Origin: Phycisphaerales bacterium
GTDB lineage: Bacteria > Planctomycetota > Phycisphaerae > Phycisphaerales > UBA1924
Direction of reading: 5' to 3'
Length of the DNA: 64,000 bases
Assembly: GCA_965227775.1 (NCBI GenBank)
Contig: OZ245777.1
Coordinates: forward strand, 2,976,001 to 3,040,000
Position 1 is the first letter of the stretch. Each line of letters begins with the position of its first letter. Under the pieces are notes generated by a model, which was given only the letters and a program-made list of their open reading frames with translations, ran no database searches and was not told the origin of the DNA. Shown here piece by piece: positions 59,039-64,000 of the stretch. Both the position numbers and the translations under genes were made by a program.

Positions 59039-60937
59039 TCAACCCGGGGCGTCCTCGCCTTGGGTATCGGTCGTTTCGTCGCCGCCCAATAGCTGGGTTC
59101 GCGCCAGGTCCTGGTAGAGCTCGCAGCGGGCCATGAGCTGGTCGTGGGCGCCAATATCGACCACCTTGCCCGCCTCAAGCACCACAATGCGGTCCGCCCG
59201 CCGCACCGTGCTCAGCCGGTGGGCCACCACCACCGTGGTGCGCCCCTGGCTGAACTCGTCCATGGCCTCGTTGATGCGGGCCTCCGAGCCCGCGTCGATC
59301 ATGCTGGTCGCCTCGTCCAGGATCAGGATGGCAGGGTCCCGCAAGATGGCCCGGGCAATCGCCAGGCGCTGCCGCTGGCCGCCCGAGAGCGAGGTGCCCC
59401 GCTCGGCAATCTCGGCCCGAAGGCCACCCGGCATCTCGCTGACGAATTCGGTCGCCCGGGCCCGATCGAGCGCCGACTGCACCTCGTCGTCCGTCGCTGT
59501 GGGCTTGCCGTACGCCACATTGTCTCGCACGGTGCCCTCGAACAGCACTGTCTCTTGGCTCACGACGCCAATCTGCTTGCGGAGAGATCGCACCGAAACC
59601 TCTGTGAGGTCGTGGCCGTCAACGAGCACGGCTCCATGCTCAGGATCGTACATGCGGTAGAGCAGGCCGAGCAGCGTGGTCTTTCCCGAGCCATTTGGCC
59701 CCACGATCGCCACGCGCTCGCCGTGCTCGATCTTCAGGCTGACGCCATCGACCGCCGGCGTGCGCGCGCCGGGATACCGGACCGCGACGTCGGCCAGCTC
59801 GATGCTCTTGCTGTGGCGCGGCAGACGCTCGAGGCCCGGCTCGTGGCCGGGCTCTGTGCTGGCGTGCAGCAGCTCGTCGAGACGCTCGGCCGCGCCAGCG
59901 GAGGTCTGCATGTCATTGATCAGCCCGGTGAGGGGTTTGAGGGCGGCGCCGCCGAGGGCGAGACCACCGAGCACCTTCATGAAGTCGGGCACTTGCAGGC
60001 TTTCCTGGCGGATGAACCAGAACGCAACAAGCACCAACACGACCAAGATGAAGACGGTCAATACCTCGACGAACGGCTTGGAAAGCGCCCGGGCCGTTCG
60101 GGCCTTGAGCATCTGGTGGTATACGCGGCGGTTGGCCACGCTGAAGCGGTGCGCTTCGCGACGCTCGGCGGTGTATGCCTTGACAACACGCAGCGCCTGC
60201 GCAGCCTCGGTCGCGATCGAAAGCAACTGCGCCCGGTGCCCCATGGCCGCCTTGGACGCCCGTTTGATGCGACGCCCGAAGTAACGGATTACGCCCCACA
60301 CAGCGGGCGCGATGACCATCGCCAGGAGCGAGAGCTGCCAATTGATCACGAAGGCAAAGACGAGCGCGCCGAGCCCCTTGGTTACCTGCGTCACCGCCTT
60401 GCTGAGCAGCGCCTCAAACCCATACGCAAGTTGGTCGGCATCGGCGATCAGTCGACTGACCGCGTCCGAACCGCTCACCGGGCCGTTGGGAGAACCGGCC
60501 GAGTCTTCGATGCCCCCACGCTGAGCGGCGAGTAATGGCATGAACAGCAGCGATCGGAATGCCTTGCGGCGGATCCGCATGACCGTACGGTGCACGACTG
60601 TGAGCGCCAGAAACGCGTGCGTGAACTGGAAGAACCCAGACGCGACCGCGAGCACCGCGATCAGCACGACCAGGAGCACAATGCTCTGCCATGCGTCGGT
60701 TGGCAGTTGCTCGACCAGCCAAGCCGGAACGGTCCACTGGGCATTGTCGCGAGCGTTGTGCGTCTCGGCAATCTGCCGAAGGCCCTGCTGCTCGCCGAAG
60801 AGCCCATCGACAATGGGCGAAGCGGTCAGCAACCCGCCCGCGAGGCTGCCGCCCGACAGCACGGCGCAAATGAGCGCCAGGACGATGCGTCCCTTGAAGT
60901 CGAGCATGAGCTTGGCGAGTCGCCGAAAGGCGGACAT
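59039..60937 (-). CDS. ABC exporter, fused permease/ATPase (MsbA-like)
   Basis: TM domain plus GPNGSGKTT, LSGGQRQRLAIARA, LDEATS, VAHRLST. Confidence 0.93.
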   Translation of the reverse strand: MSAFRRLAKLMLDFKGRIVLALICAVLSGGSLAGGLLTASPIVDGLFGEQQGLRQIAETHNARDNAQWTVPAWLVEQLPTDAWQSIVLLVVLIAVLAVASGFFQFTHAFLALTVVHRTVMRIRRKAFRSLLFMPLLAAQRGGIEDSAGSPNGPVSGSDAVSRLIADADQLAYGFEALLSKAVTQVTKGLGALVFAFVINWQLSLLAMVIAPAVWGVIRYFGRRIKRASKAAMGHRAQLLSIATEAAQALRVVKAYTAERREAHRFSVANRRVYHQMLKARTARALSKPFVEVLTVFILVVLVLVAFWFIRQESLQVPDFMKVLGGLALGGAALKPLTGLINDMQTSAGAAERLDELLHASTEPGHEPGLERLPRHSKSIELADVAVRYPGARTPAVDGVSLKIEHGERVAIVGPNGSGKTTLLGLLYRMYDPEHGAVLVDGHDLTEVSVRSLRKQIGVVSQETVLFEGTVRDNVAYGKPTATDDEVQSALDRARATEFVSEMPGGLRAEIAERGTSLSGGQRQRLAIARAILRDPAILILDEATSMIDAGSEARINEAMDEFSQGRTTVVVAHRLSTVRRADRIVVLEAGKVVDIGAHDQLMARCELYQDLARTQLLGGDETTDTQGEDAPG

Positions 60938-61084
60938 AGGGGGGGAGTATTGCGGCCCCCCGGGCCCGGAGCAATGAGGAGCCCAGGTCGGCTCAGATCA
61001 CGGTGCGATGTCGGCGTTGGTGGCCCACAGGGCGGCCGGCGGTGTCTCTAGGAGTGACGAGTGCCAGGCCGATAGGCTTGTATC

Positions 61085-62023
61085 ATGATCTCGCTGCATC
61101 TCCGATCGGCCAGCCTAACCGTGCTCATGAGCCTTCTGGCACTACCCTCGATCGCCCAGGAGACGGTGCCGGCCGAACAAAGGCCCGAGCTTCCCGAGGC
61201 CATACGTGAGTTACTGCTGGGCGTGAGCGAGCCCGGCGCAACCGGAATGGGCGTGCTCGCAGTCGAAGGGGCGATCCTGCCCGAGCGGCCGGGACTGCTC
61301 CGCAGGACGCCCTTTGGTGAGTGGGCGTTCGTGTTCATGGGCGACGACGGACAGCCCAAGGCCATGGTGCTGCTGCCCTGCCGGCAGCTCGAACGCATGA
61401 TCGAGTCGGTTGACTCCGCGTCAGCGCCGGCCGTCCGCGTCACGGGCGTGCTGACCGTCTATGACAGGGTCAATTACCTGCTGCCGACAAACTACGCGAT
61501 CATCACCGCACCGACGATCGCGACGCAGGAGTTTGAGCGGGCCGCGGACGAGGATGATGCCTCCGGCGTCGATCCGCTCAGTCGCATCGACCCGCAGCTC
61601 CGGGCCATCGCGGAGGAGCTGGAGACAGGCCGTCGGCGGGCACGCTCGCTCGAGGCGCCATCGGTCTCACCACCCGCCACGCAGGACTCGTCCGCTGAGC
61701 GACCGGGCGAGAGCCAGGAATTGATCGAGCAAGAAGGCTTCCAAGAGGGCGACCGGCTCCTCCGCCGGCGCGTCAGGCTCGAGCGGCAGCGCGGCCTCTG
61801 GACGCTCGCGTTCGATCAGGACGCGGATGTTCCCACCGCAGACGTGCCCTTGCTCGTGCTACCCAACGCTTCGCTGAGAGCCATGGAGCGAGCCGTCGAT
61901 CGATACGGAGACCGCGTGACGTTTGAGGTCAGCGGCATGATCTACCGCTACGGTCGACAGCCGTACGTGCTGATCTCGATGCACTTCGTCCAACCGCTCG
62001 AGGGGCTTACGCCTCGCGGCTAG
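61085..62023 (+). CDS. Secreted hypothetical protein with an internally duplicated beta domain
   Basis: Signal peptide; two similar segments (LLPCRQLERM..VTGVLTVY..NYL / VLPNASLRAM..VSGMIYRY..PYV). Confidence 0.65.
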   Translation: MISLHLRSASLTVLMSLLALPSIAQETVPAEQRPELPEAIRELLLGVSEPGATGMGVLAVEGAILPERPGLLRRTPFGEWAFVFMGDDGQPKAMVLLPCRQLERMIESVDSASAPAVRVTGVLTVYDRVNYLLPTNYAIITAPTIATQEFERAADEDDASGVDPLSRIDPQLRAIAEELETGRRRARSLEAPSVSPPATQDSSAERPGESQELIEQEGFQEGDRLLRRRVRLERQRGLWTLAFDQDADVPTADVPLLVLPNASLRAMERAVDRYGDRVTFEVSGMIYRYGRQPYVLISMHFVQPLEGLTPRG

Positions 62024-62024
62024 C

Positions 62025-63857
62025 TCACGAGCCCGGATCTGGTTCGGCCGGCTCGGCCTGGTTCGCTTCTTCAGTGGAATCCACCGGCGATTCAATCGGC
62101 GCAGTCTGGTCTGGTTCGGGCTTGGGCTCGGGCAGGTCCAGCAAGAACTTGACGCGTGCGAAGTCTCTGTCGCCGGCAGCACCATCGGCAAATTGCTCTC
62201 TCGCAGGCGTGCCAAGTATCGCACGGATCGCAATGGGATGGCCGGAGAGCATCTGGGCAGCAGCCAATCGCTCGGACATCGGCAACACACGGGCCAACGA
62301 CGAAGTGATCGGAAGCGGGTCGCTTGCCTGGGCGTTTAATGGCAATCGCGATTCGAGCCTTGCGACACGCCTGAGCGGGGCGGCCCAGGGCTTGTGGGTC
62401 GCGACCGCATCGGCCGCCCGCATCAAGAGCTGAGGGTCAGTCTCGGCGGCAAGCAGAAGGTCGTCGACGAATTGTGCGCGCGACGAGAGGGCGTCTGCCG
62501 CCGCCCGGCGTATCTCAGGACGGGCTTCAAAGAGCATCGAACGCACCAGATCCAACCCAGACTCTCCGCCGAGGCGAGCGATCAGCTGCACGCTCGCGGG
62601 CGTGAGCGAAGCCGTTTGCTGCGGATCGACCTGGGCGAGCATGCGGCTCCGCTGCGCCTCGGTGGGCACGAATCCCGTGTCGAGCAGACTCAGTAAGGCG
62701 CGCATGGCTGCGACGCGTGTTGGCTCGCCATGCTCGAGCCAGCGGAGCACCGCATCAATGGCAGTCGCATCGGGAGAGCGCCGGAACGCACGAAGCATGA
62801 CGGCAGCAACATCAGGATCCTGCTCGCGTCGCAATGCGACGCTGAGTCGCGCAGCAGAGCCCTCGGGCACGATGCGGTCGACCAGAACGGCCGCCGCCTG
62901 ACGGATACTCGCCTGCGAATCGTCGAGCAATCCAACCACAGCCGAGGCAACTTCGCTCGAAGGCTGCACCCCCCGTTCCAATTCTCGTAGCAAGATCTCG
63001 GTCGCCGCCAATCGGATTGCCGGCTCTGCGTCTTTGAGCATCCGCGCGAGTGTTGTCGGCCGATCATCTCCGGGAAGGGCCGCGTACAGGCGCCGGGTGG
63101 TCTCGACCAAGGAGCGCAGTAGGTCTCGCTCGCGTTGATCGAGCTGCTGGCTTCGCTCGCGCAGCCCACGTGCGAGGAGCGCTCGCCACTCAATCGGCGG
63201 CAGGTGCCGGTGGCGAGTTAGCCACTGACTCCAAGCTTCGGGCGATTCGCCCAGGTCGACACGCCCGGTCATAGCCACCAACGCGGCGACGATGGACGCC
63301 CGCTGACTCGGGAGCGCAGACTCGAGCCATGAAACCAGTACTTCGGCGGCGGCGGCGTCGTTGGACTTCGACAGGATAGAGACGCACGAGGTACGTGCGT
63401 CATTGGATATGGTGTCAAGCGAACGGATGCTGGTGCCGTTACCCTGACGGGTGACACGCATCGCGCGCACAATCGCGGCGGCGATCGCTTCGCTCTCGTC
63501 CTGGTTGGCGGCGACATGGCCAATCAGCCTGAGCGACGCCGCCGGCTCTTCCGCGAGCCATACTTCTGGCACCGCCAACGACGCATCGGTTGCAAAACGC
63601 TGTATGAGGCCCCGCGCGACCTGGCGGCGAGACTCCTCTCCCTCGGCAGCTGACAGCGCCCCAGCAACATCGAAGGTAACCTCTGTCGCCGGTGGATCGG
63701 CTGGTGGGGATGGATCTTCAGACTGCGGCGTGCTTGCGTTGGAAACACCCGATGCGAGGACGACCAACGCCAACCCCCACCGCCAGAGCGGGATGGCTGG
63801 GTTCTTGGACATCGACTTCGCTCGCATCATGACAGCATATGCCCTGGCTTCGTTCAT
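62025..63857 (-). CDS. Secreted HEAT-repeat protein; start uncertain
   Basis: Signal-like segment; repeats such as MLKDAEPAIRLAA, LLDDSQASIRQAAA, ARPEIRRAAADAL. Confidence 0.7.
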   Translation of the reverse strand: MNEARAYAVMMRAKSMSKNPAIPLWRWGLALVVLASGVSNASTPQSEDPSPPADPPATEVTFDVAGALSAAEGEESRRQVARGLIQRFATDASLAVPEVWLAEEPAASLRLIGHVAANQDESEAIAAAIVRAMRVTRQGNGTSIRSLDTISNDARTSCVSILSKSNDAAAAEVLVSWLESALPSQRASIVAALVAMTGRVDLGESPEAWSQWLTRHRHLPPIEWRALLARGLRERSQQLDQRERDLLRSLVETTRRLYAALPGDDRPTTLARMLKDAEPAIRLAATEILLRELERGVQPSSEVASAVVGLLDDSQASIRQAAAVLVDRIVPEGSAARLSVALRREQDPDVAAVMLRAFRRSPDATAIDAVLRWLEHGEPTRVAAMRALLSLLDTGFVPTEAQRSRMLAQVDPQQTASLTPASVQLIARLGGESGLDLVRSMLFEARPEIRRAAADALSSRAQFVDDLLLAAETDPQLLMRAADAVATHKPWAAPLRRVARLESRLPLNAQASDPLPITSSLARVLPMSERLAAAQMLSGHPIAIRAILGTPAREQFADGAAGDRDFARVKFLLDLPEPKPEPDQTAPIESPVDSTEEANQAEPAEPDPGS

Positions 63858-64000
63858 TAGACGCCCGGGATCAGCGCGTACGACGATCTTCCCGATATTG
63901 CGTCTCGAACATCGGACGAGCGCAACGCGCTGAGGCCCTTCCTCGACTCGATACGCCCACGAACTACCTATAGATCGGCCCGATCAGGCTGTCTGCTGCC

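Noticed and set aside
63858..64000. Partial CDS at the right edge
   Set aside because: Stops occur in all three minus frames within about 40 nt of the edge; too little sequence to support a call

Overview
High-GC bacterial chromosomal segment, most likely Planctomycetota, class Phycisphaerae (Phycisphaerales-like). The assignment rests on five GC-type dockerin-domain proteins, two prepilin/H-X9-DG (DUF1559-like) proteins, a planctomycete-type EF-Tu effector region and hpnCDE. Housekeeping genes: tuf, rpmG, tRNA-Thr(GGT), tRNA-Val(GAC), hflX, tsaD, an S41 protease, ispH, hpnCDE, ggt, an M20 peptidase and an MsbA-like ABC exporter. Accessory features of interest: (1) a clear cobalamin riboswitch heading an operon with no BtuB/BtuFCD, encoding instead two dockerin-tagged secreted proteins and a prepilin-type protein, a candidate non-canonical B12 capture system; (2) a low-GC AAA ATPase + RloB (AbiL-like) defence cassette preceded by a 21-bp tandem repeat array and followed by an Fn3-like gene; (3) a translationally coupled GCS2-CBS ligase / deacylase / GGT operon; (4) a long minus-strand run linking tandem N-terminal-dockerin hydrolases, a MacB-type ABC + DUF3299-like module, an RND pump with extra TM helices and tandem ankyrin membrane proteins. 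All calls come from motif recognition by eye; no database searches were run, and several start codons are my choice rather than the longest ORF.
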